Part shown: in pieces, positions 1 through 10,528 of the stretch | How the letters are laid out: every line of letters starts with the position of its first letter | Position numbering within the stretch: position 1 is the stretch's first letter | Assembly (NCBI GenBank): GCA_002269645.1 | Contig: NIVC01002239.1 | Span: forward strand, 155,696 to 219,695 | Source: Macrostomum lignano | Taxonomy: Eukaryota | Length of the DNA stretch: 64,000 nucleotides | Direction of reading: 5' to 3' | The notes under the pieces: generated by a model | What the model was told of the DNA's origin: nothing | The model's input: the letters and a program-made list of their open reading frames with translations, nothing else | Databases searched by the model: none | Program-made: the position numbers and the translations under genes

Positions 1-201
1 TCTAAGATTCAGCCCAAACCTAGACAGAATTAGCTCTAAACCGCTTTCGTAAAATAAGCCTAACAAAATTTCTTAGGATCATCTCTGAAATGCTTTCTCA
101 TCATCGCATGTATCAATAACCAACTTTCTCATAACTACCTACATCACTTTTCACCCGGCTCTCAATCTCGCATCATCGACTCTTCGGCCCTGGCTATGCA
201 G

Positions 202-1491
202 ATTCCCTCCGGCCAGTGCAAGGTGATCGCAGGCGGCCAAGTAGACAGCGAGACCACCTGCGGCCTGGTGCTTCCCAACGACCCTGGCCACGCCCTGGCT
301 GCTCACGATAACGGCCGAGTCCGCCTGCTCGACCTCCGTGCCGGCCAGGCCGTGGCCACCTCGACCGGCTCTCTCGAATGTGACTCCTCGGTGCTGGCCA
401 TCGATGCCGCGCCCAGCTCGGGTCTGGCCGCCTGCGGCACCGAGACAGGAGATGTTGTCTGCTTCAGGGCCGCCGCGCCACGAGTGCCTCTGGCCGTGTG
501 CAGCTTGCCGCAGGTGAGTTGTTGGTCGGTCAGCCGCAATGTACATTTGGTAAGAGAGTGGAGCGAGGCGGGTGAGCCGCAATGTACATTTGGTAAGAGA
601 GTGGAGCGAGGCGGGTGAGCCGCAATGTACATTTGGTAAGAGAGTGGAGCGAGGCGGGTGAGCCGCAATGTACATTTGGTAAGAGAGTGGAGCGAGGCGG
701 GTGAGCCGCAATGTACATTTGGTAAGAGAGTGGAGCGAGGCGGGTGAGCCGCAATGTACATTTGGTAAGAGAGTGGAGCGAGGCGGGTGAGCCGCAATGT
801 ACATTTGGTAAGAGAGTGGAGCGAGGCGGGTGAGCCGCAATGTACATTTGGTAAGAGAGTGGAGCGAGGCGGGTGAGCCGCAATGTACATTTGGTAAGAG
901 AGTGGAGCGAGGCGGGTGAGCCGCAATGTACATTTGGTAAGAGAGTGGAGCGAGGCGGGTGAGCCGCAATGTACATTTGGTAAGAGAGTGGAGCGAGGCG
1001 GGTGAGCCGCAATATACATTTAATCTCTATTTAACGGCGATCTTCAGGTATCGGCTGAGGCCACCACCACGGTGCAGGCCTCAGCCTCAGAGGCCACTCC
1101 AGACGCCAGCAACTGGTCGGTGGAGTCGGTGCAATTCTGCCCGCAGCAGGAGTCACTGCTGGCCGCCGGCTGCCTAGCCGGATTCGCTTTCGTATTCGAC
1201 CTGCAGGCTGCCGGCAGCCTCCGGGTTCGCCTGCGCTGCAGCGTCGGTGCCGGCGTCGTCCGCGTCCTCTGGCTGCCGCGGCCGGCCACCACCGGACCGC
1301 TCCGATTGGCCACGGCGGACGTGGCCGGCCGGGCGCGGATCTGGGACGGCCTGTCCGGCCAGCCACTGCTGGAGTTGCTTGGTCACCGGGACGGCCTGCT
1401 GGACGCCTGTTGGCTGTCCGGTCCGCTGCCGCTGCTGGCCACCTGCGCTGACAAGTGCGACTGCAGTGTTAAATTGTACCGCATCGACTGA
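202..1491 (+). CDS. AAMP: AAMP/SQT1-like WD40 protein, last two exons (202-513, 1048-1491); earlier exons not found in the window
   Basis: Phase-0 intron CAG|GTGAGT (514) to TTCAG|GTA (1047). Peptides IPSGQCK..TCGLVLP..GRVRLLDL and SVESVQFC..FDL..GVVRVLW..ARIWDGLSGQPLLELLGH..KLY follow my recollection of AAMP (KVPNGDCK..TCGRVLP; SVESLGFC..GIVQLLW..VRLWDARTG..YRGH). The 5' acceptor at 200-201 is inferred. Confidence 0.82.
532..1017. repeat. 43-bp minisatellite (about 11 copies) filling the AAMP intron
   Basis: Unit AGCCGCAATGTACATTTGGTAAGAGAGTGGAGCGAGGCGGGTG, near-perfect copies at 532, 575, etc. Confidence 0.97.
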
Positions 1492-1663
1492 GCCCTGCTG
1501 TGCGGCTATGAGGCCTGCGTTTGCTAGCGGATTTTTCTGTTGTTGGTGATTTTTCACTCTGCTAGTTTTGTGCTGTTGATCTTTGTGGAATATCAGCAGT
1601 GCGATGCGGGCCTGAGCGCTTAATTAACTTGCTGGTTTCGGTGCTTTGAAATGAAAATGGGCC

Positions 1664-2416
1664 CTGCCCTCCCAGATCCTCAGCTGCTGATCTGCCCTCC
1701 CAGATCCTCAGCTGCTGATCTGCCCTCCCAGATCCTCAGCTGCTGATCTGCCCTCCCAGATCCTCAGCTGCTGATCTGCCCTCCCAGATCCTCAGCTGCT
1801 GGTCTGCCCTCCCAGATCCTCAGCTGCTGATCTGCCCTCCCAGATCCTCAGCTGCTGGTCTGCCCTCCCAGATCCTCAGCTGCTGGTCTGCACTCCCAGA
1901 TCCTCAGCTGCTGGTCTGCCCTCCCAGATCCTCAGCTGCTGGTCTGCCCTCCCAGACCCTCAGTTGCTGGGCCAGCCTCCCAGATCCTCAGTTGCTGGGC
2001 CACCTACCCAGATCCTCAGTTGCTGGGCCAGCCTGCCAGAGTGTCAGTTGCTGGGCCAGCCTCCCAGATCCTCAGTTGCTGGGCCAGCCTCCCAGACCCT
2101 CAGTTGCTGGGCCAGCCTCCCAGATCCTCAGTTGCTGGGCCAGCCTCCCAAATCCTCCGTTGCTGGGCCAGCCTCCCAGATCCTCAGTTGCTAGGCCAGC
2201 CTCCCAGATCCTCAGTTGCACGGCCAGCCTCCCAGATCATCAGTTGCTAGGCCAGCCTCCCAGATCCTCAGTTGCACGGCCAGCCTCCCAGATCATCAGT
2301 TGCTGGGCCAGCCTCCCAGAGTGTCAGTTGCTGGGCCAGCCTCCCAGATCCTCAGTTGCTGGGCAAGCCTCCCAGATCCTCAGTTGCTGGGCCAGCCTCC
2401 CAGATCCCCAGTTGCT
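1664..2416. repeat. 28-bp minisatellite with two successive variant blocks
   Basis: CTGCCCTCCCAGATCCTCAGCTGCTGAT units change to GCTGGGCCAGCCTCCCAGATCCTCAGTT units at about 1960. Confidence 0.95.
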
Positions 2417-3207
2417 GAGCGGCCATTTTCCCTTACTATCAACGTTCTGTACACACCACTGCCAAAGCAGACGCATGCCCATGCTTAAAAAATCAGTGTC
2501 TTGCATCGGCCGCAGCAGTTAACTCGCTAGTCTTTGTTTTGCCTTGTCTGCTCTTCCATTTGCGCGCTTGGCTGGCTGAAGGCAGTTTGCTGCACTGTGT
2601 CGCCCCGGGTTCTATGCTAAGCTGCCGGAACTGCATTCACATTGCCGACTGCCCACTGCTGTAGACAGTTTTTGAACTTTATTTCTTGCTTGATGAGAAA
2701 TATATCTGTTATTTTTTGCATTGACTTTGGACACAAGTTTTAGCTCGTTCCTGAGTTATTTTTTTAGCGTTTAAAAATATTTTATATATTATACATGTTA
2801 GTCGGCTGTTTGAGTCTCACGTGGCTTCTAAGTACGAACTAATTATATATGACCTGTTTACAATCTAGCGTCCAGTCTGACGCCGACTCTGACATGTCAG
2901 AGCCGCGTCAGCAGCCAGACAGTCTTGGCAGTTCTCTGTCCGACTTTGTCCTGGTTCAGTCCGCTGTTGAAGCTGCCGCAGCGGTTGCGACTCCTGCCTT
3001 ACATGTAGTTGCAAGCCAGCAAGCTGGCGGTCAGGATCGATTTGAGGGCGGCAAAGTGCCCTGCACGCAGGACTTGCTAGCCAGCAGCTCCGGAGCGCCC
3101 TGCTCGCTAGAGTTCCACTGCTGCAAGAGCGGTGAAGCTCAATTCGACTTTTGCTGCTCCTCGGTGCCTGCGGCCTGCTGCCCTCTGCAGTCAGATGGTG
3201 ACTCTCG

Positions 3208-3330
3208 GACAACTGACACTCTGGGAGGCTGGCCCAGCAACAGGGGATCTGGGAGGCTGGCCCAGAAACAGGGGATCTGGGAGGCTGGCCCAGAAACAGG
3301 ATCTGGGAGGGCGGAACAGCAACTGGGGAT
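3208..3330 (-). repeat. Inverted copies of the 1664-2416 minisatellite
   Basis: CAACTGACACTCTGGGAGGCTGGCCCAGCAAC and GGATCTGGGAGGCTGGCCCAG are reverse complements of units in 1964-2416. Confidence 0.9.
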
Positions 3331-3331
3331 C

Positions 3332-4016
3332 TGTACACACGCTAGCCACAACCTCTCCCCAGCCACAATGTACACACGCTAGCCACAACCCCACCCCAGT
3401 CACAATGTACACACGCTAGCCACAACCCCACCCCAGCCACAATGTACACACGCTAGCCACAACCCCACCCCAGCCGCAATGTACACACGCTAGTCACAAC
3501 CCCACTCCAGCCACTATGTACACACGCTAGCCACAACCCCACCCCAGCCGCAATGTACACACGCTAGTCACAACCCCACTCCAGCCACTATGTACACACG
3601 CTAGCCACAACCCCACTCCAATCACTATGTACACACGCTAGCCACAACCTTACCCCAGCCACAATGTACACACGCTAGCCACAACCTCACCCCAGCCACA
3701 ATGTACACACGCTAGCCACAACCCCACTCCAACCACAATGTACACACGCTAGCCACAACCTCACCCCAGCCACAATGTACACACGCTAGCCACAACCCCA
3801 CCCCAGCCACAATGTACACACGCTAGCCACAACCCCACTCCAACCACAATGTACACACGCTAGCCACAACCTCACCCCAGCCACAATGTACACACGCTAG
3901 CCACAACCCCACTCCAGTCACAACGTACACACGCTAGCCACAACCTCGCCCCAGCCGCAATGTACACACGCTAGCTAAAACCCCACCCCAACCGCAGAAA
4001 TGTACACACGCTAGCC
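3332..4016. repeat. 37-bp minisatellite (about 18 copies)
   Basis: Unit TGTACACACGCTAGCCACAACCCCACCCCAGCCACAA at 3332, 3369, 3406, etc. Confidence 0.96.
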
Positions 4017-4543
4017 CTCTAGATAAGAGAATCCAAAGAATCGAGACTTCAGCACTTGGTGGCTAGCCTCGCAATTGACAATCGTAGCAGACAACAAAAT
4101 CAAAAGGGCACGCGCAGTCTAGTCTTGCTACCTGGTAGGTATACTTATTCTCAATTTAATAAGTGGAAGGCGGGGTTGACACAGGCTTTAGCGAGGGGTT
4201 GTAAATGTGCATGAATTACTATGTACTCGTACGTTAACCAATCAGAATGGGGGGAAAGGTGGCGTGAGGCGCGGAGAGGGGGGCAGGTAAAATAGGCAAA
4301 TGATGAGTAATAGTACAGACGTACAATGAAATAAGCAAAACCTTTACTCTTCAATCCAAATCTTGTGAGTGTAGCCAGTAAGAGCTTTGTAGCTTAGTAC
4401 TAATCTTATGTAGCGTAGCCTGTAAGAGCTTTGTAGCTTATATAGTGCCTTGGTAGAATGCATGTGAATTACTAAAACAAATATTCTGCGATGCAAGCAC
4501 TATTCGGACAGGTGCGGATGCACTGACCATTTTAATCCCCCAG

Positions 4544-4934
4544 CCTCCATGCTGACCGCCGAGGCCACCAGCTGCTACACCTGCACGGGGTGCAGCGTGA
4601 GTTTCATGAGCAGCGAAGTGACCACAGTGAGCGGCTGCAACTACTGCGCAGTGAGTCATCGTTCCCTGTTTGATCAGCTCTGATAAGCAGCATTTCCACA
4701 TTAATTAACAGCTGCACTCGTGACGCAAAACTCCAATTGCAGAAGACCGTGTACCCCGGTTTGGCCATCCGTTCGTGCCTTCCCTCGTGCATTCAGGCCT
4801 CGGACTCGTTCGGCAACGTTCAGTACTGCTGCGACGGAAACCTGTGCAACTCCGGTGAGCGCCTGCGCGGCCTCTCCTGGCTGCTGCTGCTGCTTCCAGC
4901 TGCCGCTCTGGCCGCCATCAGCTGCAGGCAGTAG
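4544..4934 (+). CDS. Ly6/uPAR (three-finger, CD59-like) GPI-anchored protein; exons 4544-4650 and 4743-4934; signal-peptide exon not located
   Basis: Spliced product SMLTAEATSCYTCTGC..GCNYCA|KTVYPGLAIRSCLPSC..YCCDGNLCNSG followed by hydrophobic LSWLLLLLPAAALAA. It has the CxxC start, the CCxxxxCN end motif and a GPI-like tail. The GT-AG intron is phase 0. Confidence 0.85.
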
Positions 4935-5199
4935 GAGCTGCCGACTTGACCTGATGCGAGACACAAATACAAATCTACAGGTGCATATGCTTCCCGAGAT
5001 GCCGCTTAGCCAACTGTGCATGCAAATTGTACTCAATCCCCAACGATCCATTTCTCTCGCCCCAAATATACTCAAGCATGCTTTGGAAATATAGAATATA
5101 ATAAAGCACAGAAATTCTAGATTTAGTAGTGAGCTCTTCAACGTTCTTGAAAAGCCACATTTTGCTTGGAAGTCAATAAAATAAGATTTCAAGGTAATG

Positions 5200-5358
5200 A
5201 CAATGTCATGGTGATGGTAAGTCGCAATGTCATGGCGATGGTAAGTCGCAATGTCATGGCGATGGTAAGTCGCAATGTCATGGCGATGGTAAGTCGCAAT
5301 GTCATGGCGATGGTAAGTCGCAATGTCATGGCGATGGTAAGTCGCAATGTCATGGTGA
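5200..5358. repeat. 24-bp minisatellite
   Basis: CAATGTCATGGCGATGGTAAGTCG, about 6.5 copies. Confidence 0.93.
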
Positions 5359-5464
5359 TGGAGGACAGGGGCGTGGCGAACTGAGCTGGGGAAAATGATG
5401 GCGATCCTTGCACAGGTTTGGGGCTTCCGTTTACATTTTAGTAGGTGACCAACAACTGCTTTGG

Positions 5465-5660
5465 CGCCCCTTAATGCTGGCGCCTCTTAATACTGGCGCC
5501 TCTTAATGCTGGCGCCTCTTGATGCTGGCGCCTCTTAATGCTGGGTCCTCTTAATGCTGGCGCCTCTTGATGCTGGCGCCTCTTAATGCTGGGTCCTCTT
5601 GATACTGGCGCCTCTTGATACTGGCGCCTCTTGATGCTGGCGCCTCTTGATGCTGGCGCC
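5465..5660. repeat. 16-bp minisatellite
   Basis: TTAATGCTGGCGCCTC and variants, about 12 copies. Confidence 0.9.
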
Positions 5661-5947
5661 AAGTGTCGTTGTTGCTTCACCTCTATAGCCATCAAATATT
5701 CAACAACAAAGTCACGAAAAAAATATGCGGAAGAAACAGTGTGCCAAGGCCTTCATAACTCGGATGTTAAAGAGCGCCAAAAGGATTCGAACCCCTGCCG
5801 TTCGCGGCCGCCGAATATGGGTTGGGATAATTCCAAAATGCTCAGCCTGCAGGAGGATAAGAATTTCTACAAGAAAAAAATTCCTGCAGACCCCATGCAG
5901 GCCCCCTTTGATCGAGCTGTCTTGTTCGGGAGAAGGTCGCTGCCTTT

Positions 5948-6253
5948 TTTTTATTAGAGGCAGGGGGTTGTGTGCACCCTGGCGCACTTTAAGCGACATA
6001 GACACACAACCGGCGAGAGGCATTACTGCCCATTCCGCCGACTCCCCTGAGCAGGCATACAAGCGCGCGGATACGTACGCAGGCACACACTCACACAGGA
6101 GTGTACAGCGGCCCTAACTTTATATTATCGTTAGGCATGTACACTTCACTGCGCCTTGGGGGGTTGGCTCTCAAGGCCGTTACTGCACTTGGAATCGAGC
6201 CTGGGTTGCTGGCACACCAGAGCAGCTGCGCTACCGCTGGGCTACGGCCCCCT
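5948..6253 (-). mobile_element. tRNA-derived SINE with an internal deletion of about 53 bp
   Basis: Near-identical reverse complement of 35307-35669. 14-bp TSD AGGTCGCTGCCTTT at 5934-5947 and 6254-6267. A-tail and Pol III A/B boxes on the minus strand. Confidence 0.88.
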
Positions 6254-7705
6254 AGGTCGCTGCCTTTGTTGAAGGCAAGCTGTGTTGTGAGCTCCAAAAT
6301 CAATTTTTATGTAGGAACATTTTTTGACGAGCAATGGTAGCAGTAGACTTTGACAGTTTTGCAAAATTATCTGAAAATTCTGATTGAATTGTGGCTCAGT
6401 TTCGACAGCAATTTCATGAATACGTACCAATCTGGTCACTGATCAACTCAGTGTCCGCAATGCCTATTTATCAGTACCAGGCTGTTGTCTGGAATCTCTG
6501 AGTGAAAATGCATTAGCGATTTGTCAGCCAAACTGCGGTCTCAATGAGCTCAGGTGCAAAAACTACCCATCACCTGGTTGCTTTTCCAGTGCTTTCAAGG
6601 TGCTTTTCCGGTGCCTTAAAAAGGTCCACACAGTAGTATAAAAGGGCGTAAAACCCAGAGATATGTAAGTTTTAGAGGCTAATTTCCTGGAGAAAAATAC
6701 ACCGATAAGACAGGAGGAAACAAAACCGATTATTGCATTTGATTTTGGCAGTGAATATAACACCACTTTTGATTTAGCATGCACAGCATGTTACTCCGTT
6801 TTTGTTTTAGTTTTCATATTGTTTCTTATTTTATAAGCCTAAAGTTTTGACTACTCACGCACATTAGCCGAACTTTTTGTTTTGTTCCTTCGTGAATCAA
6901 GGACCTGAAACTCAATCTTATGTTGAGCAATATTTTTAATAGGAATCTGATAGCGTCTTTACTTTATTCGTTTTTTTCGCACCAGACAGACTACTACCTA
7001 TAAAAGTAGTGTCGGCTGCTAGTTTAAGCTTTACAGTGAATTGCATGTCTCTACAATCCGTGGAACTGATATTACAGCTGTCTGCACTCTGCAGGCTCAC
7101 CTGGACAGAATCTGCGGTCCCTGAACAGAAATTTAAACTGCAAAACTCGCGGGCCTGCGCGGTTCATTGCAAGAAATTGCATCAGCAGGCTTATTGGCCC
7201 CGCTCTGGTCACAAAGCCGGCTACACTGCACTCGGATGCAGCTGCTTAGGTGGGATAGCGGGGCGGCTGTCTAAAGCAGGCGATATCAAACAGACTGCTG
7301 GGCAGGGCGCCACTGCATGCTCTCACTTGACTCTGCCGTGCCCCCAGCCTGCAATCCAGTTTTATCCCTGACTGACTCCTCTGTCTCAGGCGTCTCTCTG
7401 TGGCGGTACAGTTAGCCTGGCGAGTGATGGTTGCTATCGGGCCGTTGCCATGGCCACTTATACCGCTGGCTGCAGCGCTGGGACAGGCCGTGGGTGAATT
7501 GGGATGAGGCTCATGAGGTGGGGGATTTTTCTCCCTCTCATTACAGCGCAGCGCAATAAAACGGCGTCGACGCACCTGAGTGGGATAAAAGTGTTGATTC
7601 CCAAACTCGGGTAGTCCCAGGTGTAACTCCTCTCATCTCGGCTACTCCAGTGCTTTTAGACCTGCTTTTAGTTCAGCCAAGACGCGTTAAAAAAACTCGG
7701 ACACA

Positions 7706-8392
7706 ATGGCCGCGACTGTCCGTCAGATCCAGCTGGACCAACCGAGTCAGCCCGCCGCGAAATCTGGAAGCTGCATCAGAGGGGTGAAGCTGCCAGTAAG
7801 CAGATTTTGCACTGCAAACACCTGCTGCATTTGTTGGGGGCAGTCAGTCAGTCAGTCAGTCAGTCAGTCAGTCAGTCAGTCAGTCAGTCAGTCAGTCAGT
7901 CAGTCAGATGTCAGACTCAAACTTCGAACCCTCACCTCGCTGCAGCTTCTACAGTCGAGCAGCGACCGGCCGTCGGCCTCGCCGCAGCCTCAGCCGCGGG
8001 CCCGCAGCACCCCCAGCCTGCACAGCCGGCACCCGGACCCCCTGCTGCGCAGTTGGCAGCTCCTGGAGCACCTGCGCCTGCACCAGCTGGGCCTGAGCAG
8101 CGAGCTCAGCCGCCGCTACAACGTCCGCCGCGAGCCCGGCTTCGTGCCCGTCGGACCGCCACAGTCGCATTCGCCGCCGCTAATGCCCGCCGCCGTCCGC
8201 CTCTCCCTGCCGCCGCTGGCCTCGTGGCAGGCAGCTGGCGGTCGCAATGAGGTGTCGCCGTTTGTCACCTGGCAGAAGCCCACCTGCGGCTGTCATTTCT
8301 CGCGCGACACGGACAACAGGAGAGTCAGGGCCGGGCTGCGGCCCGCCAACCTGTCGCTGTGGGGACCGCGGATCGGGCGGGACAGAGAGTGA
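7706..8392 (+). CDS. Uncharacterised protein; probable intron 7796-7945 removes the (GTCA)n tract
   Basis: GC-rich coding-like ORF. CCA|GTAAGC donor and CTGCAG|CTT acceptor are phase 0. The C-terminal part (VRREPGFVP..EVSPFVTWQKPTCGCHFSRD..RRVRAG) looks domain-like, but I cannot name the family. Confidence 0.5.
   Translation: MAATVRQIQLDQPSQPAAKSGSCIRGVKLPVSRFCTANTCCICWGQSVSQSVSQSVSQSVSQSVSQSDVRLKLRTLTSLQLLQSSSDRPSASPQPQPRARSTPSLHSRHPDPLLRSWQLLEHLRLHQLGLSSELSRRYNVRREPGFVPVGPPQSHSPPLMPAAVRLSLPPLASWQAAGGRNEVSPFVTWQKPTCGCHFSRDTDNRRVRAGLRPANLSLWGPRIGRDRE
7841..7907. repeat. (GTCA)n microsatellite
   Basis: Direct reading. Confidence 0.97.
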
Positions 8393-9164
8393 TGAGCTGA
8401 TGGCTGCCTGAGCAGTATAATGTAATCACCGCCCGCTTGCCAAGTTAATCGACTGGCTGATTGATTGATTGATTGATTGAGTGATTGATTAACTCTTTAA
8501 TTTATCGGTGAATGGATGATTGTCAAAATATTTCTCCAGATTATCTCTTGTTGCTATAGACATCCCGCCTGCTGATGGATTCTGAGTCACCATCGTACAG
8601 AAGAAATGCGGATCTGCAGGCTAAAATTTATGAAAGTACATCGAGCACTTTCTTCACTATTGAGTTATCTACTGAAGCCGTTTAAAGTACAAGTTTAAGT
8701 GTAAAACATTAAAAAGTCAATAAAGAATCTGTTAAAAGCTCAAGGCCGAATGCACATCACTGGCTACTGAGTTCCCGCAGTAGCCACATTCGTTTTCTGT
8801 AGTGAAAGAAAGTTTTATTTTTACAAGCTTTCTGAATTGTTCAAATATACAGTTTAGATAAACAAAAGCTTTACTTGAGTTGCTTCAAAGCTTGAAATGC
8901 TTTGAAGACAATTTTTTAGATTTTTTGTCCTGCAAACCGGTGAAAAAGCAGAAATTCAGACAGTTTGAGCAAGACATTGGCAGCATTGATCACAGCAGCT
9001 TCATGCAAAATATTGAGCAGATAAGCAAACTGCAGGTGCAGTTTCTGTTAATTAAACAACCGCCAACTGCCCCTGCAGCTCAGTAATTTGGGCAGGTTTT
9101 TACAGAGGGCCGATGATGGAGATCTCCAATCTCAGATCTCAATTAGAGAAGACTCGAGTAGAAC

Positions 9165-9695
9165 TCAGGACTGCTCATCTTTGTCAACCTGATCGAACTC
9201 TTCGCTGCTGCCCGCAACGGCATCGACTGTGAACTGAAAGCGTCCGCTGTCCTTGACGTCCTCGGAGCTCGGCTGCCCAGCCACCGATGACTCAAGCGCC
9301 GCCGCAGGCAGCGGCCTCGGCTGCAGGATGGTCTTCTCAGCCTCCTCGGCCGGGCGGCCGGGCGGGGTGAGCGGCATTGCCTGGATCGGCCGGAAGGTCA
9401 GCAGCTCCGGCCCGATGCTGTCCGTCGAGTCCGAGCGGAGGCACGGTGGGTGGCCGGCCCCTGTTGCCATGGCAACCGAGCCGCACAGGCCCGCGCTGTC
9501 CTGGCGCCGAAGGATTCTGGGAGCTGCCAGGTGCGTCAGGCTGTCGAGCTCCTCCTCGTCCTGGTCGTCGATGTCGTTGCCAGCCGACGACTTGCTGTTG
9601 AGACGCCTCAGCCAGATCGGCTCCTGCGGCGGCGGCGGCTGCTGCTGAGTCGCCTCAGCGTCGACCACCGGCTCGTCCTGCCGCTCGCCCTGCAT
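9165..9695 (-). CDS. Uncharacterised acidic/Pro-rich, probably disordered protein (single or terminal exon)
   Basis: 176-codon non-repetitive GC-rich ORF with coding-like composition (EEEL, RRQDS, RSDSTDS). No recognisable domain. Confidence 0.5.
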   Translation of the reverse strand: MQGERQDEPVVDAEATQQQPPPPQEPIWLRRLNSKSSAGNDIDDQDEEELDSLTHLAAPRILRRQDSAGLCGSVAMATGAGHPPCLRSDSTDSIGPELLTFRPIQAMPLTPPGRPAEEAEKTILQPRPLPAAALESSVAGQPSSEDVKDSGRFQFTVDAVAGSSEEFDQVDKDEQS

Positions 9696-10528
9696 GCTCT
9701 GGGCCGGGCCGGCCTTAGTGCTGGTCTTTCACCTGCCTGCCCGTTGCGAGCTTGAGACTGGGGAGGGGGGCTGTAGCTGACAGCCGCGCTCTCTCGAGTC
9801 CCGCTCTTGCCTGGCCTCAGTTTGCATTCAGTTTTTAAAGGGCTGCTCAGCTCAGCTCTCTCTCCCTGGCCAACTGCGAACTCAATAGCGCGAGAGGGTG
9901 AGGGCTGGACTGACTCATTTCTCTGGCTGCAGACCCATCAACTGGGTCACCTGACCCGAGCTAATAGCGAGCCTCAGTCTGGGTCAGCGCCAGCTCGAGG
10001 CCAGCCAATTCTTAAGGTTGCGCCTAAACTACTGGCTGGTGTGCGAATATTAAAATAATTCTGGCACGAACGCAAATCGACTAAACTAAGAGCGCATGTA
10101 TACATGAAGCGTACGTGCATTCTAGCGGAATGTTAAATTCCGCGTACTTTCGTTAACCTGGATGCAAACGAAACTTACCTTCCTTATTACGGGGAACATG
10201 ATCTGATGCATCCAACAGTCACGGCTGAGACAGCCAAGACAGGGAGACATGATCTGATACATCCAACAGTCACGGCTGAGACACCCATTCATTCTCAGAA
10301 GCCACCTCTGATTCACGCGAAACTGTCTGTTTCCGATCGTTAGCTTTGAGTTTTCCGCTGCACTCTTCTAGTGAGTCACGAGTTCTCTATTGACTGAGCG
10401 GGTCCCATGATGTGCAGTCATGTGATTCTTGCGCCACAATTCCATTCTCTTTCCAGCCCACCCCAACTCCCCAGACTTGGCCTGCTGCTAATGTACACGG
10501 GGTTTGGGGGTGCTGCAATGTCTGTTGA

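Noticed and set aside
5775-5825. tRNA-like B box (GGTTCGAATCC on the minus strand); similar motif at about 22007
   Set aside because: I could not fold a cloverleaf or find an A box; at most a SINE or tRNA relic.
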